A stretch of DNA of 64,000 bases from an uncultured Alphaproteobacteria bacterium (GCA_902522015.1 CABYTX010000002.1:716-64715), one strand, 5' to 3'. Counted from the stretch's first letter, positions 25,726-36,084 are shown. The notes: generated from the sequence alone by a model not told the origin. Program-made: numbers and translations.

Positions 25726-26995
25726 CAATATATCTCCAACCAATATCTTTTCGATAATATCCCTCATCCCAATTAATTTGATTGATTATATTGTGAATAT
25801 TTTCTCTAATAGTTTTTAAATCTTTACCCGTATTAGAGATATTTAAGACGCGCCCCCCATTAGAGAGCCATTTGTTTTCTTTGAGGATTGTTCCTGCATG
25901 AAATAGATAGTCATCTGATGTTAAAGTAAGATTTTCCAAATTATTAATTGGTGTTAATTTTTTATAATCCTCAGGATAACCATGAGCAGCCATTACTACT
26001 GTCATGGCATAATCATTTTTCCACTTAATTTTTTTTATTTCATTTAAGGTGCCTATCGCTGATGCATGAAGGAGTTCTAATAAATCTGTTTCTAATAGTG
26101 GAATAATTGCTTGTGTTTCCGGATCACCGAAACGAACATTAATTTCGAGTAAATTTGGACCCTTATCTGTTAGAATTAATCCTGCATAAAACATTCCTTG
26201 ATACTTGATGCCTTGTTCAGTAAGATGTTGAACAATAGGCTCAACAAATGTTTTAGATAATTCATTCATTTTATTTGATGAAATAGAAGGAACAGGTGTG
26301 TAGGCTCCCATACCACCAGTGTTTAACCCTTTTTCTCCTTCCAAGATTTTTTTATGATCTTGTGCTGTTGTAAGTGGCAACACAAATCCATTTTTATCAA
26401 CAAGTGAAAATAAACTTACCTCTTCACCAACTAAAAATTCTTCAATAACAACAACTGAACCAGCATCACCAAAAGAATTATCTTTAAAACATTTAATCAG
26501 TGCATCTTTTGCATCTTCTATTGTTTGACAAATAATAACTCCTTTTCCTGCTGCTAAACCATCAGCTTTAATAACAAGAGGATAGGATTGGTTTTGACAA
26601 AAAATGAAGGCATCATCATAGTTGTCAAATACGTCATAAGAAGCTGTTGCTATATGTAATTTTTTACAAATATCTTTTGTAAACTTTTTTGATTTTTCTA
26701 GTTCAGCTCCCATCTGATCAGGGCCAAAGACAAAAATAGAATTGTTCATTAAAAGGTTGGATAATCCTTTAGTTAAAGGTAGTTCTGGACCTATTACTAC
26801 TAGATCAATTTTATTTTCTAGACAAAATTGAAGAATAGCATCATGATCATCAACATCTATGATAATCGAAGAAGCAATCTCACTGATACTATCACTTCCA
26901 GGAATACAATATAAATTAGAACAATTAGGAGATTGTTTTATGCCATAACATAATGCGTGCTCTCTTCCACCATTACCAATGACAAGAACGTTCAT
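25718..26995 (-). CDS. purD: Phosphoribosylamine-glycine ligase
   Basis: 425 aa with MNVLVIGNGGREHAL, ADGLAAGKGV and EINVRFGDPE. Confidence 0.92.
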   Translation of the reverse strand: MNVLVIGNGGREHALCYGIKQSPNCSNLYCIPGSDSISEIASSIIIDVDDHDAILQFCLENKIDLVVIGPELPLTKGLSNLLMNNSIFVFGPDQMGAELEKSKKFTKDICKKLHIATASYDVFDNYDDAFIFCQNQSYPLVIKADGLAAGKGVIICQTIEDAKDALIKCFKDNSFGDAGSVVVIEEFLVGEEVSLFSLVDKNGFVLPLTTAQDHKKILEGEKGLNTGGMGAYTPVPSISSNKMNELSKTFVEPIVQHLTEQGIKYQGMFYAGLILTDKGPNLLEINVRFGDPETQAIIPLLETDLLELLHASAIGTLNEIKKIKWKNDYAMTVVMAAHGYPEDYKKLTPINNLENLTLTSDDYLFHAGTILKENKWLSNGGRVLNISNTGKDLKTIRENIHNIINQINWDEGYYRKDIGWRYIDE

Positions 26996-27015
26996 GAAAA
27001 AAAATAATTCATTAA

Positions 27016-28503
27016 TTAATTATTTGAAGCAAGACTTAAGAATGAAAGTTTTTTTAAGCTTTCGTCATTCAAGTAATCTAAAGGTCTGACTGGATACTCT
27101 CCTGTAAAATAATGATCAGTAAATTGAGGATTATCATTATCTCTCTCATCATAACCAAGAGCTTGATACAGACCATCTAATGATAAAAATTTTAATGATT
27201 TAGCTCCAATATATTTACACATTTCCTCTAAATTTTTGTTTGCAGCTAATAATTCTTCTTGGGTCGGAGTATCAACTCCATAAAAATCAGGATATTTAAT
27301 TGCAGGTGAAGCAATACGCATATGGACTTCTTTTGCGCCAAAATCATAAAGCATTTTTATTATCTTAGTGGATGTTGTTCCTCGAACCAATGAGTCGTCA
27401 ATTAAAACAACTTTCTTTTTTTTAATAGAACTTTGGTTAGGATTTAGTTTTAACTTTACACCTAAACTTCTAATTTGCTGAGTTGGCTCAATAAATGTCC
27501 TCCCCACATAATGATTTCGTATTAATCCTAACTCAAAAGGAATACCAGACTCTTGACTAAAACCAAGCGCAGCAGGAACACCTGAGTCTGGAACTGGTAC
27601 GACCACATCTGGTTTTATATCGGTTTCTTTTGCTAAATATGTACCTAAATTTTTTCTATATTCATAGGCGGTTTTATTTTTTAAAATACTATCTGGCCGC
27701 GAAAAATAAATATATTCAAATACACATGGTTTGATTTGTTTTTTTGGGAATGGTCTTCTACTTTCAACTTTATTATCATTAATAACTACAACTTCTCCAT
27801 TTTCAATTTCACGGATAAATTTTGCACCTATAATATCTAGCGCACAAGTTTCAGAGGCAAGGATAAATGCATTTTTAAATTTACCTAAAACAAGTGGTCG
27901 AATACCTAATGGATCTCTTGCACCAATCAATGTACCATTAGCGATAATTGATAAAGCATAACCACCTTGAATTTGCATTAAAGCATCAATAATTTTATTT
28001 AAAATATCTTTCTTTTTTGAACGAGCTACAAGTTGAACAATTGTTTCGGTATCTGATGTTGTTTGAAATATTGCACCTTCACGTACCATTTGCTCTCTTA
28101 AAAGTAGTGCATTAGTTAGATTACCATTATGAGCAATACTAATAGCTCCACCATGAAGGTCAGCATAAAAAGGTTGTATATTTCTTATTGTTTCACCGCC
28201 TGTGGTTGAATAACGATTGTGCCCTATTGCAATTTTTCCCTTTAACTTATCTAATGAGTGTTTCTTCGTAAAATTATCGCCAACCAATCCAAATTTTCTT
28301 TCTGAGTGATAGGAGTTGCCATCATAACTGACAATTCCACAACCTTCTTGACCACGATGTTGCAACGCATGCAAACCAAGAGCTGTTAAGGCTGCAGCAT
28401 CTTTGGTTCCACTTATTCCAAAAACACCACACTCCTCATTAAATCTGGGAACATATGATTGCCTTACCTCGAATTTTTTTAAGAAATTTTGTCGATTTTT
28501 CAT
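27016..28503 (-). CDS. purF: Amidophosphoribosyltransferase
   Basis: 495 aa with the Ntn nucleophile context ECGVFGI, HNRYST, HNGNL and the PRPP loop VVLIDDSLVRGTT. Confidence 0.92.
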   Translation of the reverse strand: MKNRQNFLKKFEVRQSYVPRFNEECGVFGISGTKDAAALTALGLHALQHRGQEGCGIVSYDGNSYHSERKFGLVGDNFTKKHSLDKLKGKIAIGHNRYSTTGGETIRNIQPFYADLHGGAISIAHNGNLTNALLLREQMVREGAIFQTTSDTETIVQLVARSKKKDILNKIIDALMQIQGGYALSIIANGTLIGARDPLGIRPLVLGKFKNAFILASETCALDIIGAKFIREIENGEVVVINDNKVESRRPFPKKQIKPCVFEYIYFSRPDSILKNKTAYEYRKNLGTYLAKETDIKPDVVVPVPDSGVPAALGFSQESGIPFELGLIRNHYVGRTFIEPTQQIRSLGVKLKLNPNQSSIKKKKVVLIDDSLVRGTTSTKIIKMLYDFGAKEVHMRIASPAIKYPDFYGVDTPTQEELLAANKNLEEMCKYIGAKSLKFLSLDGLYQALGYDERDNDNPQFTDHYFTGEYPVRPLDYLNDESLKKLSFLSLASNN

Positions 28504-28504
28504 C

Positions 28505-29074
28505 TTACTGTTGTCTTGTTAAAAGTGTTTTTGCAACCATCTGTAATGCTCTTGGATAAACCTTATGCTCTTCTATCAATATTTTCTTTGAGAGTGATTC
28601 GGTATTATCTTTCTTCAAAATCTTTACTTTTTTTTGCAATATAATCTTTCCAGAATCAATTTTAGTGCTTACGTAATGAACACTACAACCAGAATAGCTC
28701 GCTTTAGCCTTTATGGCCTGATCCTGAGCATTTAAACCTTTGAAAGCTGGAAGGTAAGATGGGTGAATATTGATTAATCGCGATCGCCACTGCCTGACAA
28801 ATTTTGAGTCTAAAACTTGCATAAAACCAGCCAAACAAATGATATCAATATTTTTTAGATACTTCATGACTTTGTTTTCGAAATTTTTTCTTGGGATAAA
28901 ATGTATAAATGGAATTTTGTTTTTTTTGGCAATAGTTAAGCCTTTTGCTTTGGAGTTATTAGAGACTACTAATTGAACCTCTACTAAACTTTGTTTTGTA
29001 AATGATGATTGTATTAGTGATTCTAAATTGGAACCTCTTCCCGATATGAAAATAGCAACTTGTAATTTTTTCAA
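28505..29074 (-). CDS. purN: Phosphoribosylglycinamide formyltransferase
   Basis: 189 aa with ISGRGSNL, INIHPSYLPAF and SGCSVHYV. Confidence 0.9.
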   Translation of the reverse strand: MKKLQVAIFISGRGSNLESLIQSSFTKQSLVEVQLVVSNNSKAKGLTIAKKNKIPFIHFIPRKNFENKVMKYLKNIDIICLAGFMQVLDSKFVRQWRSRLINIHPSYLPAFKGLNAQDQAIKAKASYSGCSVHYVSTKIDSGKIILQKKVKILKKDNTESLSKKILIEEHKVYPRALQMVAKTLLTRQQ

Positions 29075-30105
29075 CTAATTGTGCACCTTGATGATTTGTT
29101 AACTTCTATTTTCCCAATTTCAAAAATATCTAAATTTTCATCTTTTATTAATTGCTCAAATTCTTTGTAATTATTTTTTGAAATAGACATTATCAAACCT
29201 AATCCACAATTAAAGGTCTTTAACATTTCTTCATCTGAAATGTTAGCTAAACTTTGAAACCATTGGAAAATTTCTTCATCACAAATAAATTTTTTATCAA
29301 TCCTTGCTGATAAATTTTCAGAGAGCATTCTTGGAGCATTACCAATAATACCTCCGCCTGTTATATGCGAAATACCATTGATAAGATTTGTTGTTAAAAT
29401 TTTTTTTAAAAAAGGAAAATATAATTTTGTTGGAGCCATTAAGGCTGCTGCATTTGTTTCATAAGATGATTTAAATTCTGTTTCTTTATGTAGATCTATA
29501 TTTTTATCTTTTAAAACTTTTCGAATGAGAGAATATCCATTTGAATGAAAGCCTGAAGATCTAATCCCATATAGAAGATCATCTTCTTTCATGACATCTC
29601 TTTTAGGTAGAATTTTTTTTCTCTCTACAGCACCAACACAAAATCCAGCAAAATCAAAATCATCTTTTTTATAAAGCCCAGGCATCTCTGCTGTTTCACC
29701 ACCAATAAGAGAGCAATTATTTATCTTGCAAGCTTCAGTGATGCTTTTCATAATTTTTAAAAAAGAATTTTTATCAATCTTGGAAGAAGCATAGTAATCT
29801 AAAAAAAATAATGGCTCTGCCCCATGACAAAGAATATCATTTAGACACATACCAACAAGATCATGACCTAAACCATCTAAAATGTCAGTTTCAATCCCTA
29901 GTAATATTTTTGTCCCTATGCCATCTGTGCCAGAGACCAATAAAGGATCTTCATATCCACAATTTTTAAGATCAAAAATACCTCCAAATCCACCAATTTT
30001 ATCAAAATTTCCTTTTCTATTTGTTGATTTGCTTAGCTCAGAAATATCTTCGACAAGGGCATCTGTATTTTCTATATCAACACCTGCTTCTTTATATGTT
30101 GTCAT
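29071..30105 (-). CDS. purM: Phosphoribosylformylglycinamidine cyclo-ligase
   Basis: 344 aa with YKEAGVDI, SGTDGIGTK, DYYA, GGETAEMP and HITGGG. Overlaps purN by 4 nt. Confidence 0.92.
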   Translation of the reverse strand: MTTYKEAGVDIENTDALVEDISELSKSTNRKGNFDKIGGFGGIFDLKNCGYEDPLLVSGTDGIGTKILLGIETDILDGLGHDLVGMCLNDILCHGAEPLFFLDYYASSKIDKNSFLKIMKSITEACKINNCSLIGGETAEMPGLYKKDDFDFAGFCVGAVERKKILPKRDVMKEDDLLYGIRSSGFHSNGYSLIRKVLKDKNIDLHKETEFKSSYETNAAALMAPTKLYFPFLKKILTTNLINGISHITGGGIIGNAPRMLSENLSARIDKKFICDEEIFQWFQSLANISDEEMLKTFNCGLGLIMSISKNNYKEFEQLIKDENLDIFEIGKIEVNKSSRCTIS

Positions 30106-30178
30106 ATTTAATTAGTTTTAAACGAATCGTTAACGAGTAAACTATTAATATAGTAAATTAAGTTGATTCGTACTCATA

Positions 30179-33106
30179 ATGACAAATACAATTCAAATTC
30201 TCTCTATTGAGAAGACAGGGAAAGAAAGTTCACTACAAAAAGAACACAATAATAAATCCATCAAAATTATAGATGGATATTTCTTTTCGACAAATCTTGA
30301 TGATCAAAAGTTTACTAAAATAAGTAAACTTATTTCTAATGACGTTTCTCAAACAATATTAACAAAAAAAAATGTAAATAAGGTTTTATCTAGTTATAGT
30401 AATTTTAACTGGGTTGTAGAAATAAAATTTTTACCAGGTGTAACTGATAATATTGCTACAACTGTAAAAGAAATAATCAAAGATAATCTTAAAAGTAGTT
30501 TTAAAAGCTTTGAACTTGGTTCAACAAAAATTATTTTAATAAAAGGAAGAAAAGAAGATATTACTAAAATATCTAAAAATGAAGCAAATCCCTTAATTCA
30601 AACAATTAAGATTTATCCATTTAAAAAATATTTAAATAATTTTAAAAAAAATCAATTTAAAATAGAAAAGGTAAAATTACCGAAAAAAAAATATAGCAAA
30701 AAAGAAATTAATTTAAATATTTCTGATCATCAACTCAGTCTTATTGGTAAACTTGGTATTGAAGAAAATGATAAATCTAGAAGGGGAACACTTGGCTTAG
30801 ATCTGGAATCTCTAAAAGCCATAAGAAATTATTTTTCCACTATAAAACGTAAACCAACAGATGTAGAAATTGAAACACTAGCACAGACGTGGTCCGAGCA
30901 CTGTAAACACAAAATATTTTCAGCTAAGATTGATGATATTCACGAAGGTATATTTAAAAAATACATTAAAGGCGCTACTGAAAAAATTATTCAATTAAGA
31001 AAAGATAATTTTTGTGTTTCTCTTTTTACGGATAATGCTGGTGGAATAGAATTCAATAAAGATTGGATTATTTGTCACAAAGTTGAAACACATAATACAC
31101 CTTCAGCCTTAGATCCATTTGGTGGTGCAATTACTGGAATTGTTGGTGTTAATAGGGATTGTCTTGGATTTGGGAAAGGAGCAAAACCTATAGCGAATAC
31201 GTATTCATATTATTTAGCTGACCCGAATAAGAAATATCAATTGTATCGTCAAAAAAATAAGGATCCAATGCTTCCAGCAAATTTTATTGCGAAGGGCATT
31301 ATAAGTGGTGTTAGAGTTGGGGGAAATTGTTCGGGTATTCCTACTCCTCAAGGTAATGTATATTTTGATGACCGGTTTGCAGGAAAGCCCCTTGTATTTT
31401 GTGGAACAGTTGGGATTATTCCGAAAAAAATTAAAGGAAAATTATCGCATAAGAAGAAAGCTAATCCAGGAGATATCATACTAATGGCTGGAGGCAGAGT
31501 AGGAAAAGATGGTATTCACGGTGCAACATTTTCTTCAGAGGAATTAGATCCTAATAGTCCAGTTTCTGCAGTACAAATTGGTGATCCAATAACACAAAAG
31601 AAAATGTCTGATGTCATCATTAGAGAATTGCGTGATGAAAATCTTTACTCGAGCATAACAGATAATGGAGCTGGAGGATTATCATCATCAATTGGAGAAA
31701 TGGCAAAAGAGAGTGGTGGTTTTATAGTTAATCTTGAAAAAGTTCCTCTCAAATATAACGGATTATATCCTTGGGAGATTTGGGTTTCTGAATCGCAAGA
31801 AAGAATGACACTAGCAGTACCTCCGGCTAATGTAAAAAAAGTTATAAAGAGATTTAATGCAAGAGGTGTAGAAGCAACAATAATTGGTAAGTTTATTAAA
31901 AAAGAAAAAGCTATAGTAAAATATAATAAAACTGAAATTCTCAATTTAGATATGGAATTTCTTCATGAAGGTTATCCAAAATTAAATTTAAAAACATCTT
32001 TTCCAAAAATTAAAAAAGAAAAGAAAAAAATAATTAAGAACAGTTCTTTGATAGATAAGCTACATAAACTTCTCTCTAGTCCAAATATTGTATCAAAAGA
32101 ATTTATAGCCACGCAATATGATCACGAAGTACAAGCTACCTCTATTATAAAACCATTACAAGGCGAAGGCAGAGTTTTTGGAAATGCTACTGCTATTAAA
32201 CCTCTATTTGATGATGAAAAATCAATAGCTCTTTCTCAAGCTGCATATCCTCAGTACGCCGAAACAAATCCTTATGATATGGCCGGGTGCTCTATTGATA
32301 CAGCATATAAAAATTTAATTGTAAGTGGTGCCAACTCAAAAAAAATTGCAATTCTTGATAACTTTTGTTGGTGCAGCTCGGATGAACCTGATCGCTTATA
32401 TCAATTGAAAGAAGCAGCAAAAGCTTGTTATGATTATGCAGTTGCTTACCAAACACCTTTTATTTCAGGAAAAGATAGTATGTTTAATGATTTTAAAGGT
32501 TTTGATAAAACTGGAAAATCAGTAAAAATTTCAATACCTCCAACATTGCTGATTTCTTCTATTGGAGTGGTAGATAAAATTTCACACTTAACAAAAATGA
32601 CACCCGATGATGGTGATATACTTTTAGTTTTAGGAAATACCCGTAATGAATTACAGGATAGTGTTTATTTCAAAATTATAGGTTATGAAAAATCAAAAAA
32701 TCCAGTTGTAAATAGCAAGGATGCACTTCGCACATATAGAAATTTTGAAAAAGCTAATAAACTCAGAATTATAAATTCTGCAATTGGAATAGATTTGGGT
32801 GGAATTGGAATTGCAGTTATAAAGATGGCAATTGCTTCAAAGAAAGGTTTAACCATTGATTTAAAACTAAAAAATAAAATCTCAGTTGACCAATTTTTAT
32901 TCTCTGAAACACAAAGTAGAATTCTTGTTTCCATGAAAAAAAATAAGTTAGTCAATTTTAAAAAAATATTTAAAGGTTCTGATTATACAATTATTGGTAA
33001 ATGTACGGGCTCAGATGTAGTTGAGTTTAAAGATAACAAAAAAATTATGAGAGGTAAAATTTCAGATTTTGCTAAGTCATACAAACAAAGTATTAAAGGG
33101 TTATGA
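30179..33106 (+). CDS. purL: Phosphoribosylformylglycinamidine synthase subunit PurL with an N-terminal PurS-like extension (PurS-PurL fusion)
   Basis: 975 aa. WSEHCKHK sits at residue ~238, against roughly 40-50 in stand-alone small PurL. The core carries ETHNTPSA, PFGGAITG and DNGAGGLSS. The extra ~175 N-terminal residues contain PurS-like segments (VEIKFLPGVTDNIATTVKEII...EANPLIQTIKIY). No separate purS gene is present in the locus. Confidence 0.88.
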   Translation: MTNTIQILSIEKTGKESSLQKEHNNKSIKIIDGYFFSTNLDDQKFTKISKLISNDVSQTILTKKNVNKVLSSYSNFNWVVEIKFLPGVTDNIATTVKEIIKDNLKSSFKSFELGSTKIILIKGRKEDITKISKNEANPLIQTIKIYPFKKYLNNFKKNQFKIEKVKLPKKKYSKKEINLNISDHQLSLIGKLGIEENDKSRRGTLGLDLESLKAIRNYFSTIKRKPTDVEIETLAQTWSEHCKHKIFSAKIDDIHEGIFKKYIKGATEKIIQLRKDNFCVSLFTDNAGGIEFNKDWIICHKVETHNTPSALDPFGGAITGIVGVNRDCLGFGKGAKPIANTYSYYLADPNKKYQLYRQKNKDPMLPANFIAKGIISGVRVGGNCSGIPTPQGNVYFDDRFAGKPLVFCGTVGIIPKKIKGKLSHKKKANPGDIILMAGGRVGKDGIHGATFSSEELDPNSPVSAVQIGDPITQKKMSDVIIRELRDENLYSSITDNGAGGLSSSIGEMAKESGGFIVNLEKVPLKYNGLYPWEIWVSESQERMTLAVPPANVKKVIKRFNARGVEATIIGKFIKKEKAIVKYNKTEILNLDMEFLHEGYPKLNLKTSFPKIKKEKKKIIKNSSLIDKLHKLLSSPNIVSKEFIATQYDHEVQATSIIKPLQGEGRVFGNATAIKPLFDDEKSIALSQAAYPQYAETNPYDMAGCSIDTAYKNLIVSGANSKKIAILDNFCWCSSDEPDRLYQLKEAAKACYDYAVAYQTPFISGKDSMFNDFKGFDKTGKSVKISIPPTLLISSIGVVDKISHLTKMTPDDGDILLVLGNTRNELQDSVYFKIIGYEKSKNPVVNSKDALRTYRNFEKANKLRIINSAIGIDLGGIGIAVIKMAIASKKGLTIDLKLKNKISVDQFLFSETQSRILVSMKKNKLVNFKKIFKGSDYTIIGKCTGSDVVEFKDNKKIMRGKISDFAKSYKQSIKGL

Positions 33107-33867
33107 ACGTATTAGTCTTATCAGGTTATGGTATTAATTGTGAAAATGAAACACTACATGCATTTGAAGTAGTAGGATTTAAAGGAAAAATTGTTCATAT
33201 TAATGATCTAATACAAAATCCTAAACAACTTAATAACTATCAAGTATTCGCTATACCTGGTGGTTTTTCGTATGGTGATGATACAGGTTCAGGAAATGCA
33301 ATGGCGAAAAAAATTATGACCAATTTGTATGATCAACTAATAAATTTTTCATTAAAAGATAAATTAATCATAGGTATTTGTAATGGATGCCAAATATTAA
33401 TTAATCTTGGATTAGTTCCAAGCCTAAATAAAAAAGATCCAGAAGTAGCATTGATTGAAAATAAATCTGGTAGCTATGAGTGTCGATGGGTTGATGTAAA
33501 AGTAAGTAATAATAAATCACCATGGCTAGAAAATATTAGTACGCTGAACTTGCCTGTTGCCCATCAAGAAGGGCAATTTATGATACCTATTAATCTACTA
33601 AAAACTATCAAAGCTAATAACCTTATTGGTTTGCAATACATTAATCATCATAAAAAATTAGCAAAAGGTCAATTTCCTTTTAATCCGAATGGATCTAAAG
33701 ATGATATTGCTGCGCTAACTAATCAAAATGGTAATGTTCTTGCAATGATGCCTCATCCTGAAAGAGCATTTTATCATTATCATATTCCCAATTGGCAAAG
33801 TAAAACCTTAAAAAAATTTGGGGATGGATATAAAATTTTTATGAACGCAAAAAAATTCTTTACATAA
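33103..33867 (+). CDS. purQ: Phosphoribosylformylglycinamidine synthase glutaminase subunit
   Basis: 254 aa with PGGFSYGDD, the nucleophile context GICNGCQIL and MPHPER. Overlaps purL by 4 nt. Confidence 0.9.
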   Translation: MNVLVLSGYGINCENETLHAFEVVGFKGKIVHINDLIQNPKQLNNYQVFAIPGGFSYGDDTGSGNAMAKKIMTNLYDQLINFSLKDKLIIGICNGCQILINLGLVPSLNKKDPEVALIENKSGSYECRWVDVKVSNNKSPWLENISTLNLPVAHQEGQFMIPINLLKTIKANNLIGLQYINHHKKLAKGQFPFNPNGSKDDIAALTNQNGNVLAMMPHPERAFYHYHIPNWQSKTLKKFGDGYKIFMNAKKFFT

Positions 33868-33868
33868 A

Positions 33869-34918
33869 TTATACTGCTATATCTACTATTTTTTTCATCA
33901 CAGTTGGCATTCTAGAGCTAGAATAAGAAGATTTCTTTATCCAATTACTTTTTGATAAATTTGCTTTTTTAACATTGCCATAAAAAATTTCTGTTTCTAA
34001 ATCAAAATGACTAAATGAATATTCTAATGAGCCTTTAGATTGTAATTTTGTTTTTATTTTTTGTATATCTTGATCAGTGGTTAATAATTTCTTATTTTTA
34101 ACCCAGACATCATTTGGTACTTCAAGCATGGAGGCCAACATTCCTTTATTTGGTCTACTTCGCACAAGGATTTCATTCTTTTCATTCACAATTACATAAG
34201 CTCTTGTATACTTAGTAGGCTTAGTAGTTTTCTTTTTTAGTTTAAAAGGAATTTTTTGCTGTAAATTTTTTTTATATGATTGGCAAAATTTATTAATTCC
34301 ACAAATATTACATTTAGGGTTTCTCGGAAGACAGATCTCTGATCCGTAATCCATAAAAGACTGAATTAAATTTGAAGAGTATTTATCTGAGATGAATTTT
34401 TTTCCTAAATCTTTAAGTTTATTTTTGACTTTATTAATTGGTTTATCGATAGCATATAACCTAACCAAAATTCTTTCAATATTAGCATCAAGTGGCATAA
34501 CTGATTGATTATATCCTATTCCAAGAATTGCTTTTGCTGTGTAATCTCCAATGCCAGGAAGTTGGATGAGTTCATCATAAGTTTTTGGTATGTTATTTTT
34601 AAAATTTTTATGAATTATTTTTGCAGACTTTAATAAATTTCTTGCTCTTGAATAATAACCAAGGCCTGACCAGAACTTTAAAATATTTGGTTCTGAAGTT
34701 TGCGCTAATTTATTTAGTGAAGGCCATTTTAAAATAAAATCATTAAATTTATTTTTTACAGTATTTACTGTTGTTTGTTGGAGCATATATTCACTTACAA
34801 ACACAAAGTATGGATCAGGTAAATTTAGAGTATTTTTCTTCCGCCACGGTAAATTTCTGGCATTCACGGAATACCATTGAAGCAAAAAATTTATTACTTG
34901 TGTTTCGTGTTTAAACAT
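33869..34918 (-). CDS. mutY: A/G-specific adenine DNA glycosylase
   Basis: 349 aa with an HhH-GPD region (LPGIGDYTA), the 4Fe-4S cluster loop CLPRNPKCNICGINKFC and a NUDIX-like C-terminal domain. Confidence 0.88.
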   Translation of the reverse strand: MFKHETQVINFLLQWYSVNARNLPWRKKNTLNLPDPYFVFVSEYMLQQTTVNTVKNKFNDFILKWPSLNKLAQTSEPNILKFWSGLGYYSRARNLLKSAKIIHKNFKNNIPKTYDELIQLPGIGDYTAKAILGIGYNQSVMPLDANIERILVRLYAIDKPINKVKNKLKDLGKKFISDKYSSNLIQSFMDYGSEICLPRNPKCNICGINKFCQSYKKNLQQKIPFKLKKKTTKPTKYTRAYVIVNEKNEILVRSRPNKGMLASMLEVPNDVWVKNKKLLTTDQDIQKIKTKLQSKGSLEYSFSHFDLETEIFYGNVKKANLSKSNWIKKSSYSSSRMPTVMKKIVDIAV

Positions 34919-34951
34919 ATTGCTTTCATATTTAGGTACTATAAATTATTT

Positions 34952-35473
34952 ATGCATATGGACAAAAAAAATATAAAGCAAAAAAGAACATTTGTTCCAC
35001 AATCTATAGGCGATACTCTAAGGAAGGTTAATCGAAAATTTTCCTCTAAATATAATCGTACAGAATTTATAATTAACTCCAAATGGCCTGAAATTGCTGG
35101 TAGTTATTTTAAAGAATATTCAGAGCCTTTAAATGTTTCAAGGGTGCGTGATTTTGAAAACGATGTAGGTGAGACAGTATATAAAAATTATCTAAATGTG
35201 AGTGTTGCTCCAGCTGCAGCCATTGAATTTCAACACTTTAAGGACACTATAATTGAAAAAATTAATACTTATTTTGGCTATAAAGCTATAATAGACTTGA
35301 GAATTCATCAAAATTACATACCTAAGTATACTCATATGAAACAAAGTAAGAAAAAACAAATAGATAAAGATGACATAGAATTTGTTAAGCAAAACATTAA
35401 AGAATTTCAAAATTCTGATTTAAAAAAATCGCTATTAAATTTAGGTAATAAAATTACAACTGAGGACAAATAA
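34952..35473 (+). CDS. DUF721 (DciA-like) protein
   Basis: Shows the DUF721 pattern (WPEIAGSYFKEYSEPLNV...LNVSVAPAAAIEFQHFKDTIIEKINTYFGYKAI) and sits in the conserved alphaproteobacterial position between mutY and dsbA. I prefer the ATG at 34952, because the track start at 34877 overlaps mutY. Confidence 0.65.
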   Translation: MHMDKKNIKQKRTFVPQSIGDTLRKVNRKFSSKYNRTEFIINSKWPEIAGSYFKEYSEPLNVSRVRDFENDVGETVYKNYLNVSVAPAAAIEFQHFKDTIIEKINTYFGYKAIIDLRIHQNYIPKYTHMKQSKKKQIDKDDIEFVKQNIKEFQNSDLKKSLLNLGNKITTEDK

Positions 35474-36084
35474 TGAAAATTAAAATTTTATTTATTTCTA
35501 TTATACTATCACTACTTTTTATCACTGCCAAAGCAGCTGAAAACTCAATACTAGATGTTAAAGATAATGATTTTTATATTGGGGAAGAAAATGCCCCAAT
35601 CACAATTATAGAATATGCTTCAATGTCTTGTAGTCACTGTGCAGATTTTCATAATGATACCCTAGAAGAATTAAAAAAAGAGTTTATTGATACTGGTAAA
35701 GTTAAGTTTATTTTTCGTGATTTTCCCTTTAATTATCCGGCTCTTGCTGGAAGTATGATTTTAAGATGTGTCCCAGAAGATGTAAGATATGATTACATGA
35801 ATGGCCTTTATAAACTCCAAAATAATTGGGTTAATAGAGATCATTCAAAAACAAAGTCCGAGTTATACAAAATAATGCAAAGTGGCGGTATGCAACAAGA
35901 AGATTTTGATGCATGTTTAAGTAATGTGGATTTAGAGAATCAATTACTTGAGGGTGTAATGGAAGCGCAAAGAGAATATAAAATAGGCTCCACTCCGTCA
36001 TTCATTGTTAATGGAGTTTTATATTCCGGGAATAAAAACATAAAAGAGTTTAGACAAATCATCGATAAAATATTATCACAATAG
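35473..36084 (+). CDS. DsbA-family thiol:disulfide oxidoreductase
   Basis: 203 aa with a signal peptide, the CSHC active site and GSTPSFIVNG. Confidence 0.8.
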   Translation: MKIKILFISIILSLLFITAKAAENSILDVKDNDFYIGEENAPITIIEYASMSCSHCADFHNDTLEELKKEFIDTGKVKFIFRDFPFNYPALAGSMILRCVPEDVRYDYMNGLYKLQNNWVNRDHSKTKSELYKIMQSGGMQQEDFDACLSNVDLENQLLEGVMEAQREYKIGSTPSFIVNGVLYSGNKNIKEFRQIIDKILSQ

